This document shows, piece by piece, positions 44,959 through 54,015 of a stretch of DNA of 64,000 nucleotides. The translations under genes and the position numbers were made by a program. Source of the DNA: an uncultured Gammaproteobacteria bacterium (GTDB taxonomy: Bacteria; Patescibacteriota; Microgenomatia; Daviesbacterales; UBA10151); NCBI GenBank assembly GCA_964415615.1, contig CAYQAW010000006.1, positions 495 through 64,494 on the forward strand, in the 5' to 3' direction. Within the stretch, counting starts at the first letter, position 1. Each line of letters begins with the position of its first letter. Under the pieces are notes generated by a model. The model was not told the DNA's origin, did not search any database, and was given only the letters and a program-made list of their open reading frames with translations.

Positions 44959-46695
44959 TTATTTAGGATAGCACAAATCGTTTAAAGTTTCTTCTAGGAT
45001 TTTAGCCATCTGGGGAGTAAATTTTACTCCATCCCGAATTCCTCTATAAGAAACTACCTTAACTCCCATTTTTTCCAACTCAGCTTTTCTTTCATTGAAT
45101 TGGGTCTCATTAGAGCTTGCTCCATCAGAAAATACTAATATTAACTTTAAGATATCCCGTTCCAGAACTCTTTTTAAATAACCGGGTTCTTGTAACTCTC
45201 TTGCTTTCATTTCCTCAATAATCTGGCCTAAACCAATATAATCCTCAGTTGCGCTTCCTGAACAATCATTTAAAGCTTTAAAAACTTCTACTCTTTGCTT
45301 TTCTGTTAACTGAGCTGATAAGGGTTTGATGATCACATTTTGCTTACTTCCTCCGAATGATCGGACCTCAGATAAAGCTGCTAACTGCGGATTTAGCATA
45401 TTATGCCTTACCTCAGGTAAATTCATAAATTCTGCAAGGCTTTCCATAAGGAGTATTGCTGCTCTTCTTTGCTCTTCTTTTTTCCCACCTATATCCATAG
45501 AACCGCTTCTGTCAAACAGTCCTGTGGCTTCCCAAACCCTGGGAACAATCTTTTTAATAATCCTTCCTTCAAAATCCATAAACACTGTTGGATCAACCAC
45601 TCCTGCATCAAAACTTTCCTGGGCTATAGCAGCTAGTCCTGGAGCAATCATTACACCTTCATCTTTAAACCCCACCAGTTTTCTTTTGGGAGTTAAGCGT
45701 TCAGCTATAATCCTTCTGTATTGTTGTCTGTTCGGTTCGATGTAAGGCTCAATTTTTTGATATTCTTTTTTATACTCCAAGGAATCCTGTAAGCTTACTT
45801 TATTCTCTTTTTCGTAGGCAGCTTGCTGCCTTTCAGCTTGGGTGGGGCCTCCTTGTTCTCCTTTAGCTTGTTGCTGTTGTTCCTCATTTAAAGGTTGGGG
45901 ATTATTCTGGTCATATTCTTGATAAAAGCTCTTAAATGGGGCCTCTTCATCTCCAGATGTTGCTTGTCCTTCTTGTTGTCCTTCTTGAGGTTGTTCTTTT
46001 GACTCCTGCTTATCCTCTTCAAATAATTTTTCTATTACAGGATCTATAAATTTTTCAAATAATTTTAGCTTTTTATCATAAGGCAATTTAGGATCTGTAA
46101 CTATTTCTAAAATATCGCGCTCTCTTCCACCTCGTTTAAAATGTCTCAAAGCATTAATTTCTTCAGCAACAATAGGATCAACTATAGATTGCTCACCAAC
46201 AACACCTTCACGAAGTATGGCATAAGGAAATTGTAGGTGCTTAGGAAATCTTGTTAAATCTTGGTCAGGAAAAAGTTTATCTTTATATAAGTTAACTGCC
46301 TCACCTCGGAGCGATGGAAGGTCTGTCAAAACTCTTCTGTCATCAGCTAAATCCCTAAGACAATTATCTGTAAGTCTTATTCTTTGTTTTTTTTCCCTTA
46401 GGGCTTTTCTTTCTTGATAAAGTTGCATCCCACTATCTACAGACAAAAGCTGACCTAATTCTTTAACATGATCAAGTTCATGAGCTGTAGCAAATTGTGA
46501 TTGAGCTCTGCTATAACCCTGTTCTGTAAAAAAGTTCAGGTCATAGGTTCCCTGACCAGTTTCTGGATCCACTCCCCAGCCTGATCCTGGACTAAAATTT
46601 ACTCCTAACCCTTGGGAATAATCCTGGATAAATTTTTGTTCCCTGGTAAAAAAATCTTCAGGGCTTCCTGCTCCTGCATCTTCACTAGTAGTCAT
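44959..46695 (-). CDS. von Willebrand factor A domain protein with a long acidic/Q-rich linker
   Basis: MIDAS-like DRSGSM...SDG near the C-terminus; HELDH near the N-terminus. Confidence 0.55.
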   Translation of the reverse strand: MTTSEDAGAGSPEDFFTREQKFIQDYSQGLGVNFSPGSGWGVDPETGQGTYDLNFFTEQGYSRAQSQFATAHELDHVKELGQLLSVDSGMQLYQERKALREKKQRIRLTDNCLRDLADDRRVLTDLPSLRGEAVNLYKDKLFPDQDLTRFPKHLQFPYAILREGVVGEQSIVDPIVAEEINALRHFKRGGRERDILEIVTDPKLPYDKKLKLFEKFIDPVIEKLFEEDKQESKEQPQEGQQEGQATSGDEEAPFKSFYQEYDQNNPQPLNEEQQQQAKGEQGGPTQAERQQAAYEKENKVSLQDSLEYKKEYQKIEPYIEPNRQQYRRIIAERLTPKRKLVGFKDEGVMIAPGLAAIAQESFDAGVVDPTVFMDFEGRIIKKIVPRVWEATGLFDRSGSMDIGGKKEEQRRAAILLMESLAEFMNLPEVRHNMLNPQLAALSEVRSFGGSKQNVIIKPLSAQLTEKQRVEVFKALNDCSGSATEDYIGLGQIIEEMKARELQEPGYLKRVLERDILKLILVFSDGASSNETQFNERKAELEKMGVKVVSYRGIRDGVKFTPQMAKILEETLNDLCYPK

Positions 46696-46757
46696 AAATA
46701 TACTTTAATTACTTTCCTTGAAATCTGCAAGTGATTTTAGGTAGAATATACAAATAT

Positions 46758-46810
46758 GCGGGTGTAATTCACCGGTAGAATGGTCGCCTTAGGCGACACA
46801 TAAGGGGTCC
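46758..46810 (+). pseudogene. Truncated tRNA-like 5' fragment (duplicate of the tRNA-Gly(UCC) 5' end)
   Basis: 28-nt exact repeat atgcgggtgtaattcaccggtagaatg of 47045-47072 plus a second 10-nt repeat taaggggtcc; the anticodon arm is non-canonical and there is no 3' half. Confidence 0.45.
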
Positions 46811-46811
46811 A

Positions 46812-47057
46812 ATGTATTATGTCTATGTACTAAAGAGTCTAAAAAATGGTAGATTCTATACTGGATCTACTGATAATGTAGATCGACGGTTTAATGAACA
46901 TAACAGCGGAGGATCAAAATATACAAGACTGACCAAGCCGTTTGAACTGGTTTATAAGGAAGAATTTAAGACAAGAAGTGAGGCGTGTCAAAGAGAATTA
47001 TTTTTTAAGTCTGGGAAGGGAAGAGATTTATTAAAAAACTTATTAATGCGGGTGTAA
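46812..47057 (+). CDS. GIY-YIG nuclease superfamily small protein (copy 2); stop codon lies inside tRNA-Gly(UCC)
   Basis: MYYVYVL...YTGSTDNVDRRFNEHNSG; the TAA stop at 47055-47057 is at tRNA positions 8-10. Confidence 0.85.
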   Translation: MYYVYVLKSLKNGRFYTGSTDNVDRRFNEHNSGGSKYTRLTKPFELVYKEEFKTRSEACQRELFFKSGKGRDLLKNLLMRV

Positions 47058-47119
47058 TTCACCGGTAGAATGCCACTTTTCCAAAGTGGACGTAAGGGGT
47101 CCGACTCCCCTCACCCGCT
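47048..47119 (+). tRNA. tRNA-Gly (anticodon UCC)
   Basis: Acceptor GCGGGTG/CACCCGC, anticodon stem CCACT/AGTGG with loop TTTCCAA, T-arm AGGGG-TCCGACT-CCCCT. Confidence 0.85.
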
Positions 47120-47212
47120 CAGAGGATGTTTAGATTGTTAGGACAGACTAATCTATAACTTCAAGGTGATTAATTTTTCCAGATATTCTGGTACAAGAAT
47201 AAAAATGAAATT

Positions 47213-47479
47213 CTAGTAGTCTTTTCTGTCTCTTATCCTGCCATTTGCTCCATGTATAAATAAAGCAGTTCCTTTGTTTTGCGAAACTGATCTTCCATAG
47301 TTTTCGGCTTCTTTTTGAGTACTAAATATTTGACTTGCCCTTGTAGAACCAGCACGTTTCACAATCCAGGAACCATCACGAGGTAAAACATGATGGCTTT
47401 GCATGCCTCTTTCGACTGCATGACGGTATTCTTTGACTTGGGGGTTCATTTGGTTAGTTTTGTACGGTATTTTCTTCAT
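47213..47479 (-). CDS. DUF2188 family protein
   Basis: HVLPRDGSWIVKRAGSTRAS...GTALFIHGANGRIRDRKDY matches the DUF2188 pattern. Confidence 0.65.
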   Translation of the reverse strand: MKKIPYKTNQMNPQVKEYRHAVERGMQSHHVLPRDGSWIVKRAGSTRASQIFSTQKEAENYGRSVSQNKGTALFIHGANGRIRDRKDY

Positions 47480-47561
47480 ATATGAATCTTTTTGTAACGA
47501 GAACGTTATAATTTTACCTTAATAAGTTCAATTATATCAGTTTCTGTTAGTTGTAAACTAG

Positions 47562-48152
47562 TTAGGTAATCAATTTTCTGTTTTGATTATCAAATTCAAG
47601 CCTAGAAAATTGTAGCTTATTTTTTATATAAGTACTCTCAATTATATTTAATTCTATTTCGGGTAGCTCTATTGCTAGCCATAGTAAAGTTTTTCTTGAT
47701 CCTGAATGTGTTCTATAGAAATGCTCGTCACTAAACTTTCTATCTCTGCTTAAAAACGCTATAAATGCTCTTTCTAAATCGTCCGGCATAACAGCATAAA
47801 TAACAGGTTTCTTTCCAGCTTTAATGATTTGATCTATTTTCTCCGCTACTCTTTTTTGCGTAGATGACGTACCGTCGTAAATCACGCAACGTTTTTGACT
47901 CAACTGTGTAGCTAAAAACTCAGTTTTGTCGGAGGCGGATCCACCACACATCAAAACTACCTTGCTGAACGAATTTTCTTTAATGACTTTTATAAATCTT
48001 TCGTCAGCAATAAACCTTGATTTATCATGGAAAAGTTCTGCATTATTTGGATCGTAATTTGGTAGAGCCTCTTTAATTATGTCCGAGGAAATAATAATAG
48101 CCATCTCAAGGATCTTATTTAAGATAATACCATTTTTGTAGTTTATCTCCAA
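47562..48152 (-). CDS. P-loop kinase-like protein with a degenerate Walker A (zeta-toxin/AAA_33-like)
   Basis: VVLMCGGSASDKTEF has GxxxxDKT instead of GxxxxGKT; weak call. Confidence 0.3.
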   Translation of the reverse strand: MEINYKNGIILNKILEMAIIISSDIIKEALPNYDPNNAELFHDKSRFIADERFIKVIKENSFSKVVLMCGGSASDKTEFLATQLSQKRCVIYDGTSSTQKRVAEKIDQIIKAGKKPVIYAVMPDDLERAFIAFLSRDRKFSDEHFYRTHSGSRKTLLWLAIELPEIELNIIESTYIKNKLQFSRLEFDNQNRKLIT

Positions 48153-48231
48153 TTCCTCACCCGCTCTTATAATCCTGAGAGAAATCGAAGGACAGACGGG
48201 GAAGTGTCACCAGAAAAGTCACAAACTCAAA

Positions 48232-48663
48232 TTACGCAACCTCACTCCATACTTTTTGAAGTTTTTCTTTATCATATTTATAGTATTTTGAAATTGGGTA
48301 TAAATATAAATAATTGGATAAATTCCTCTCATGTTCATTAAAGTTAAAAGAAATCCCTTGTTTTTTTAGATATTTAATAGCCTCTTTTACTGCTAATAAC
48401 TCTTCTTTTTTACGGAATTTTGAATCAAATAAATATTTTAGTGTAAAAATAAATACTCCAATATGTTTTTGTCTTACATAGTGGGTTTCTTCGTGTATAA
48501 GAAGGGCTACATAATAGGGATTAGGATTGTCTGTGCTTAAATTTATATAGATATCTTTTGGAAGAAAGATGTAGGGATATATTGAATTAGCAGTGTATGT
48601 ATTCAGTTTAGGAATGAATGTAAAAAACCAGGGTTTGGGTTTAACATATGGTTCTAACTTCAT
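48232..48663 (-). CDS. HExxH metal-dependent hydrolase-like (YgjP/DUF45-like)
   Basis: LLIHEETHYVRQKHIGVF fits the HExxHx(5)H..F pattern. Confidence 0.45.
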   Translation of the reverse strand: MKLEPYVKPKPWFFTFIPKLNTYTANSIYPYIFLPKDIYINLSTDNPNPYYVALLIHEETHYVRQKHIGVFIFTLKYLFDSKFRKKEELLAVKEAIKYLKKQGISFNFNEHERNLSNYLYLYPISKYYKYDKEKLQKVWSEVA

Positions 48664-48687
48664 AAGATAATTATAAAATAAATTAAC

Positions 48688-49788
48688 CTAGGGTTGGGGG
48701 ATAAAGTTTTGAGTAAAAGACCCGCTGTTTTCTCCCGTTACCCCCGAATGACTTAACCAATCAACATCCATTTTACCTGTCTTTGGAGAAACTGTCCCTG
48801 TGTAAGAAATATCTAATGCATGATCTAGGAATGGTATATTGCAGCTCCCCCATGCTCTTCCTAACATAGACCCACCCTCACCGCCATCATACCGACCACC
48901 TATGCTTCCATTACATAATCCACTGATATTACCACTTATATCTCCTCCTGCTTTTGGAATAGTTATATTATAGTGAATGCTCAGATTTGGATATCCCGCC
49001 CAGGTCATATTCTCTGAAATTATTATCACATCTGAAGTATTGGTAGGTGTGGTTGTGCTAGCAGGAGACCCGGTACCTTGTGGAGTTTTTTGGGAGTAAT
49101 CTAATACAGGGGTATTATAAGCTTTTTTCTCAGCTTTGACTAACTTAAATATTTTTCCTTCAAAGACAAACAAAAACTCTTTTCTGTTTCCTTCTGGATC
49201 AAAATGCAGTATATATCCAGAATCTGGGTTGGTTTTAAAACCTGCTTTTGAACTTGGATCCATCTCCAGAAAATCACCATCTTTTTCATACTTTAACCAT
49301 TTTGGATTGCCGTATGGCGGTGTATTTCCTTCTTCTCCACCATTAAGAAAATTAGTGCTGAAAGTTTGGGGAGTGTTAGGGTAATAAGCAGAACCGTGAA
49401 TAGTAGGATGACCATTTTGTTGGAAAAGATGATCCCTGAAAAGAATAAAAAATAGTCCTATACTGTTTTGCTCTTGAACTGGTTTGGTAAATTCTACATT
49501 AACCATTGCAAAAATTATATCTTCGGTGTCCCCCTTGCAAGGAGCATTCTGAATATTATCTGGCAGTTTAAAATTAGCATCCCGTACATCTGATGCTAGT
49601 AATTCTTTACCTGTTATGCCTAAATCAACCGGACAAAAACTTGCTTTTAGTCCATCATTTAAAGTTACAGTTTTTACTATATCTGCAGTCATTTTAAAAT
49701 CAGAAAAATCCAATGTCTGGGCGGATACAGTGGAGTCTAAAAGTAGTACAGCAAATACTACTAGTAGAGAAAATAATGCTTTTTTCAT
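48688..49788 (-). CDS. Secreted hypothetical protein
   Basis: Signal peptide MKKALFSLLVVFAVLLLDSTVSAQ; its start ATG overlaps the stop of the upstream small ORF (ATGA). Confidence 0.5.
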   Translation of the reverse strand: MKKALFSLLVVFAVLLLDSTVSAQTLDFSDFKMTADIVKTVTLNDGLKASFCPVDLGITGKELLASDVRDANFKLPDNIQNAPCKGDTEDIIFAMVNVEFTKPVQEQNSIGLFFILFRDHLFQQNGHPTIHGSAYYPNTPQTFSTNFLNGGEEGNTPPYGNPKWLKYEKDGDFLEMDPSSKAGFKTNPDSGYILHFDPEGNRKEFLFVFEGKIFKLVKAEKKAYNTPVLDYSQKTPQGTGSPASTTTPTNTSDVIIISENMTWAGYPNLSIHYNITIPKAGGDISGNISGLCNGSIGGRYDGGEGGSMLGRAWGSCNIPFLDHALDISYTGTVSPKTGKMDVDWLSHSGVTGENSGSFTQNFIPQP

Positions 49789-49952
49789 TTTTCAAAAGCC
49801 TTCTTCAAACCAACTTTTAAGTCTTGATAAGGATTCCCTGAATTAGAAGTAGATTTTGTGGTTGCTGATTTATTGTATTGAAGGAAAATATAAAGTCCCA
49901 CTAAACATAAGACAATAATTAATAAAATAGGAGCCAGTCCCTTTTGATTCAT
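49785..49952 (-). CDS. Small membrane protein (55 aa), NQKG signal-anchor family, below the ORF-track cutoff
   Basis: MNQKGLAPILLIIVLCLVGLYIFLQYNK...; GGGAGAAG SD-like sequence upstream; translationally coupled to the 48688 gene. Confidence 0.45.
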   Translation of the reverse strand: MNQKGLAPILLIIVLCLVGLYIFLQYNKSATTKSTSNSGNPYQDLKVGLKKAFEK

Positions 49953-49994
49953 ATATTAATCTTCTCCCTATACTGATTATTTGTCAAGTGATTT

Positions 49995-51245
49995 TTACTC
50001 AACGGAATCACCTGCTACATACCCTGTGGTCCAGCAAAGCTGCAACGAAAATCCTCCTGAAGGGCGGTTTATATTAAGCAGGTCCCCTATAATAAATAAA
50101 TTTTCAAACATTTTAGACTTCATAGTTTTAGTGTCTATTTCTTCCAAAGATACTCCCCCATCAGCTGAAACAGCCCTATCATTACCCATAAGTCCTGTAA
50201 TTGTTATAGGTAATGATTTCAAAGTATTTACTATCAGTTTTCTTTCATCTCTGGTTACACTGTGAATCTTTTTTGTAAAATCAATTTTAGGAAAAAGTGT
50301 TTGTAGTGTCTGGGCAGTACCAGCTGGAGCTAGCTCTTTGAAGGCAGTTTTTAGTTCACTGTTTTTCACCAAGTCAAAAAGATTTATAACTTTTCTATCC
50401 AAGCTGCCCAAATCTGTATCAGGGTAAGCATCAATTGTGGCAGTAACTTGGCCCTCCTGGAGCAAATCCCCAACTTTTCCTGCAGTGTTTAAAATAAGAG
50501 GGCCAGATAGGCCAAAGTGGGTAAAAAGGACTTTTCCTATTTTAGAAAACTGCTTTTTACCTTCAAGATAAAAAGTGATCTTCATAAATGAAAGAGACAC
50601 TCCTGCAAGCATCTTTACCCAAGCTTCAGAGACAGAAAGAGGTACAATAGTTGGAGTAGGATCTTTGACAGAGTGACCTAACTCTTTTAACCACTTAAAC
50701 CCATCTCCAGTTGAACCAGTTTCAGGGTGGGAAACACCTCCAGTTGCCAGAATATAGGAGCTTGCTTGAAATGTTCCCAGGTTTGTTTGCACACCAGTTA
50801 TTTGTCTTGCCTCACTTAATATTTTTTGAGCTATACAGGCAGTTCTAACCTTTACTCCTAGATTTTTATTATTTTCTTTTAGGGCATTAAGCACATCAAA
50901 AGCTTTTTCTGTTTTAGGGAAAACCCTGTTTCTGGCTTGTATAACCAGTGGTAATCCTAGAGACTGGAAAAAAGTAAATGTATCTGTAACCCCAAATTGA
51001 GAAAATGGTGAGTACAAAAAGTCTGCAGAAGACCCAAAATTACTCAAAAATGCTCTTGTATCTTCTTCTGCATTGGTAATATTACATCTTCCCCCACCAG
51101 TAATTTTAAGCTTTTCTCCTAAGTGTTTATTCTTTTCCAAAATAAGCACAGACTTGCCTCTTCCTGCAGTAATACCTGCAGCCATCAATCCTGCAGCTCC
51201 CCCACCAATTACTATTACATCATAAGTATTAGTACTACTCATCAT
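49995..51245 (-). CDS. HI0933/BaiN-like FAD-dependent oxidoreductase
   Basis: VIVIGGGAAGLMAA and GGGRCNITN motifs. Confidence 0.8.
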   Translation of the reverse strand: MMSSTNTYDVIVIGGGAAGLMAAGITAGRGKSVLILEKNKHLGEKLKITGGGRCNITNAEEDTRAFLSNFGSSADFLYSPFSQFGVTDTFTFFQSLGLPLVIQARNRVFPKTEKAFDVLNALKENNKNLGVKVRTACIAQKILSEARQITGVQTNLGTFQASSYILATGGVSHPETGSTGDGFKWLKELGHSVKDPTPTIVPLSVSEAWVKMLAGVSLSFMKITFYLEGKKQFSKIGKVLFTHFGLSGPLILNTAGKVGDLLQEGQVTATIDAYPDTDLGSLDRKVINLFDLVKNSELKTAFKELAPAGTAQTLQTLFPKIDFTKKIHSVTRDERKLIVNTLKSLPITITGLMGNDRAVSADGGVSLEEIDTKTMKSKMFENLFIIGDLLNINRPSGGFSLQLCWTTGYVAGDSVE

Positions 51246-51275
51246 CTACAAAGAATATCACAAAATGTAGGAAAA

Positions 51276-52430
51276 TCAGTTAATAGTGTTTACCTTAATT
51301 AATTTGTCATCATTTTCTCTGGGGGCTCCCCTGCCATCAGTATTGTTAGTTATGATATATAAATTCCCATCTGGGTCAACTGCTACTGTTCTAAGCCTGC
51401 CAAATTGACCTTTAAAATATTCCTTCAAAGATTTATCAGCAATATTGTATTTATATAAGGCTTCTCCCCGGAGACCTACAAAGAAGATACTGCCTTCATG
51501 AAATACTGCCCCAGAAGGAGCCCAGGTGTCTGAACCAGAATGGATAACTGGGCTTAACATTCCCTCTCTTTTTTCATCACCTTGTATAACAGGCCAGCCA
51601 TAATTCCCTCCTTTTTCTATTAAATTTAGTTCATCCAAACCAGATTGGACTCCAGACCGCCCATGTTCTGTAGCCCAAAGCCTGCCTTGATCATCCCAAG
51701 CTAACCCTTGTGAATTTCTATGCCCATAGGAATAGACAGCATTCCCAAAAGGGTTATCCTCAGGGATAGAACCATCATCTTTAATTCTTAATATTTTTCC
51801 ATTTAAAGAATTCTTGTCTTGAGCAGAATCAGGATTTTGGGCATCTCCAGTAGTAATATAAAGATATCCATCTGGACCAAAGGCAATTCTACCTCCATCA
51901 TGATTTGCAGCTCCAGCAATTTCCTGCAAAATAACTTGACTGTTAGAAAGTCTCTTGCCTTCCAGTTGATAACGCATAACTTTGTTTGCCAAACCTGAGG
52001 GCAACTTGGTTGTAAGATATAGATAAATCCAATGATTTTTATTAAATTCAGGATGAATAGCTAAACCTAAAAGCCCTCCTTCTCCTACAGGTTCTACTCC
52101 TTCAATTATAATTTTTTGATTATTCTTAACTGAAATTAAATTCCCTGGCCTTTCAGTTATCAGAGTTTCTCCTCCAGGTATAAGAACTACTTCCCAGGGA
52201 ATGTTTAAATTTTGAGCAATTACCTCCGTATCTTTTTGAGTTACTGAAGGTTGTTCTCTTGTTACCTTAGTATTTTTTCCAGATAAATATCCCAATCCAG
52301 AAATTCCTATTATCAAGGCTAAAACTACAGCAAACCATGATCTTTTTGTCATTAGATACAGCATAAGCATACTATACCAACAATCTATTTTGCTTGTACA
52401 TTTAAAACAAATAGATGGTACAATAAACAA
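51276..52430 (-). CDS. Soluble PQQ-dependent sugar dehydrogenase (YliI/SGDH family), beta-propeller
   Basis: GLLGLAIHPEF, RIAFGPDGYLYITTGD, GHRNSQGLAWD, GGNYGWP; probable start MTKRSWFAVV (signal). Confidence 0.75.
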   Translation of the reverse strand: MFIVPSICFKCTSKIDCWYSMLMLYLMTKRSWFAVVLALIIGISGLGYLSGKNTKVTREQPSVTQKDTEVIAQNLNIPWEVVLIPGGETLITERPGNLISVKNNQKIIIEGVEPVGEGGLLGLAIHPEFNKNHWIYLYLTTKLPSGLANKVMRYQLEGKRLSNSQVILQEIAGAANHDGGRIAFGPDGYLYITTGDAQNPDSAQDKNSLNGKILRIKDDGSIPEDNPFGNAVYSYGHRNSQGLAWDDQGRLWATEHGRSGVQSGLDELNLIEKGGNYGWPVIQGDEKREGMLSPVIHSGSDTWAPSGAVFHEGSIFFVGLRGEALYKYNIADKSLKEYFKGQFGRLRTVAVDPDGNLYIITNNTDGRGAPRENDDKLIKVNTIN

Positions 52431-52988
52431 ATGGGAAATTTTAACAGAGGTAGATCAGGTGGAGGAAGAGGGTTTGAAAGACGTGGTGGCTTCAGCGATA
52501 GAGGCTCAAGAGGTCCTGTGGAAATGCATCAGGCTGTTTGTGATAACTGTGGTAAAAGCTGTGAAGTACCTTTTAGACCAACCAGTGGCAAGCCTATTTT
52601 TTGCAGCAGCTGCTTTGAAAGCAATAGAGGTTCTGATTCAAGAAGACCAGAAAGATCCACTAATTATAATGACAGACCAATGTTTGATGCGGTCTGTGCT
52701 GATTGTGGAAACAGTTGTAAAGTTCCTTTCCAACCAAGTGGGGAAAAACCAGTTTTTTGCAGTAATTGCTTTGGAGGCAAAAAAGGTGGAGATAGAGAAA
52801 GACCTCAATCTCAACCACAACATACTGACCAGTTTGAACAACTTAATATAAAGCTTGACAGGATACTGGCAATGCTTAATCCAGATGCTCCTAAAGCTTT
52901 TGTGCAGGCAGTTATTGATGAAACAATAGAAGAAGAGCCAATAAAAGAAGTAAAAGTAGCTAAGAAAAAATCCTCAAAAAAGAAATAA
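52431..52988 (+). CDS. RGG-box protein with two CxxC...CxxC zinc-ribbon repeats (putative nucleic-acid binding)
   Basis: N-terminal GRSGGGRGFERRGGFSDRGSRG; two repeats of CxxCGxSCxVPFxP...KPxFCSxCF; Lys-rich tail. Confidence 0.6.
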   Translation: MGNFNRGRSGGGRGFERRGGFSDRGSRGPVEMHQAVCDNCGKSCEVPFRPTSGKPIFCSSCFESNRGSDSRRPERSTNYNDRPMFDAVCADCGNSCKVPFQPSGEKPVFCSNCFGGKKGGDRERPQSQPQHTDQFEQLNIKLDRILAMLNPDAPKAFVQAVIDETIEEEPIKEVKVAKKKSSKKK

Positions 52989-52991
52989 TTT

Positions 52992-53348
52992 TTAAAGTTG
53001 CTGCAGGTCAGCATCTATAGAAGAAAAATCACTATCTGTATTTCCTACATTCAGAGCAGATAAATCCCTATCCAAAGCATCCACTGTTTCTTCTGGTGCT
53101 GGAGTAGCTTGAACTATTTCCCGGGAAGTGGTCTCATTTGAGTTATTCTTTGCTACCTGTTGTTGTCTGCTCATGAATAAATAAGCTCCAGCTATCAGTA
53201 AGACTATTAGTACAAGGCCTATCACAAAATAAAGAACAAGTTTATTTGAACCACCTGTATTAGTATTAACCACAGGTATTTGGGGAGCAGCTGTTTGAGG
53301 AACAGGGGCTACAGGTGGTTTTGGTGGGTTTAAATTATTGTTGTCCAC
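52992..53348 (-). CDS. Single-TM membrane protein with Pro-rich N-terminus and acidic C-terminus
   Basis: ORF plus TM helix LVLYFVIGLVLIVLLIAGAYLF. Confidence 0.45.
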   Translation of the reverse strand: MDNNNLNPPKPPVAPVPQTAAPQIPVVNTNTGGSNKLVLYFVIGLVLIVLLIAGAYLFMSRQQQVAKNNSNETTSREIVQATPAPEETVDALDRDLSALNVGNTDSDFSSIDADLQQL

Positions 53349-54015
53349 TGCCTGTTGCCTCCTTTATCTCTGAACTTGATTTGGCAATTCTGATAGCATT
53401 TGCCACTGATTGTTTTGCATCTATAACTGTTTTTCTTAAAGCTAGCAGATCTGTATGCAATTTATCCCTTTGAAGTTTGGCATCTGCCCTTATTTTGGTT
53501 TCTGAAGTAACCTGAATTGTATAATCTTTCAGAGACTGGGTTGTCACAGCAGCAGATGAGCTGGCAATATTTGCTCTGGCAGAGGCAATTGCAGCTTTAG
53601 CGCCAGATGGATCTTTTACATCAGGTGAACCCTGATTTATTCTGTTTTCCAGTTTATCTACAATTGCAGACATGTTTCCTAAATGTTTTTGCATCTGTGA
53701 AGTTTGATTTTGATTTAGGGCGTTTAAATTTACACTGACTCTTTCGGCTATTACCGCTTTATTTTTATCTTTAAAGGCCTGTAGTTTAACTTTTAAGGTA
53801 GCTGCTCTGGAGGCCAATTTTTCTTTTGTAGCAGCGCTGGCGCTGGAGCTTAGTTTGGTAACAGGGCCAACTGCTGCGCGGATTGATTCTGGAGCAGCAA
53901 ATGCAGGAGATAAGGTAACAGCAAAAAGAGATAAACCAACTAAAATTGCAAAGGCTTTTAAAGCAGTAGATTTGGACATTGTTTTTACTGTAACAAAGGA
54001 GATGAATTTTGTCAA
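53335..54015 (-). CDS. Secreted alpha-helical/coiled-coil protein
   Basis: Signal peptide ...AFAILVGLSLFAVTLSPAFA; Ala/Lys/Ser-rich low-complexity helices. Confidence 0.45.
   Translation of the reverse strand: MTKFISFVTVKTMSKSTALKAFAILVGLSLFAVTLSPAFAAPESIRAAVGPVTKLSSSASAATKEKLASRAATLKVKLQAFKDKNKAVIAERVSVNLNALNQNQTSQMQKHLGNMSAIVDKLENRINQGSPDVKDPSGAKAAIASARANIASSSAAVTTQSLKDYTIQVTSETKIRADAKLQRDKLHTDLLALRKTVIDAKQSVANAIRIAKSSSEIKEATGSGQQ

Noticed and set aside
46758-46810. Functional second tRNA (possibly with UUA/UAG anticodon) upstream of GIY-YIG
   Set aside because: The anticodon arm cannot form a 5-bp stem with a 7-nt loop, position 33 is not U in the only 7-nt-loop fold, and there is no T-arm 3' strand or acceptor 3' strand; treated as a truncated duplicate.
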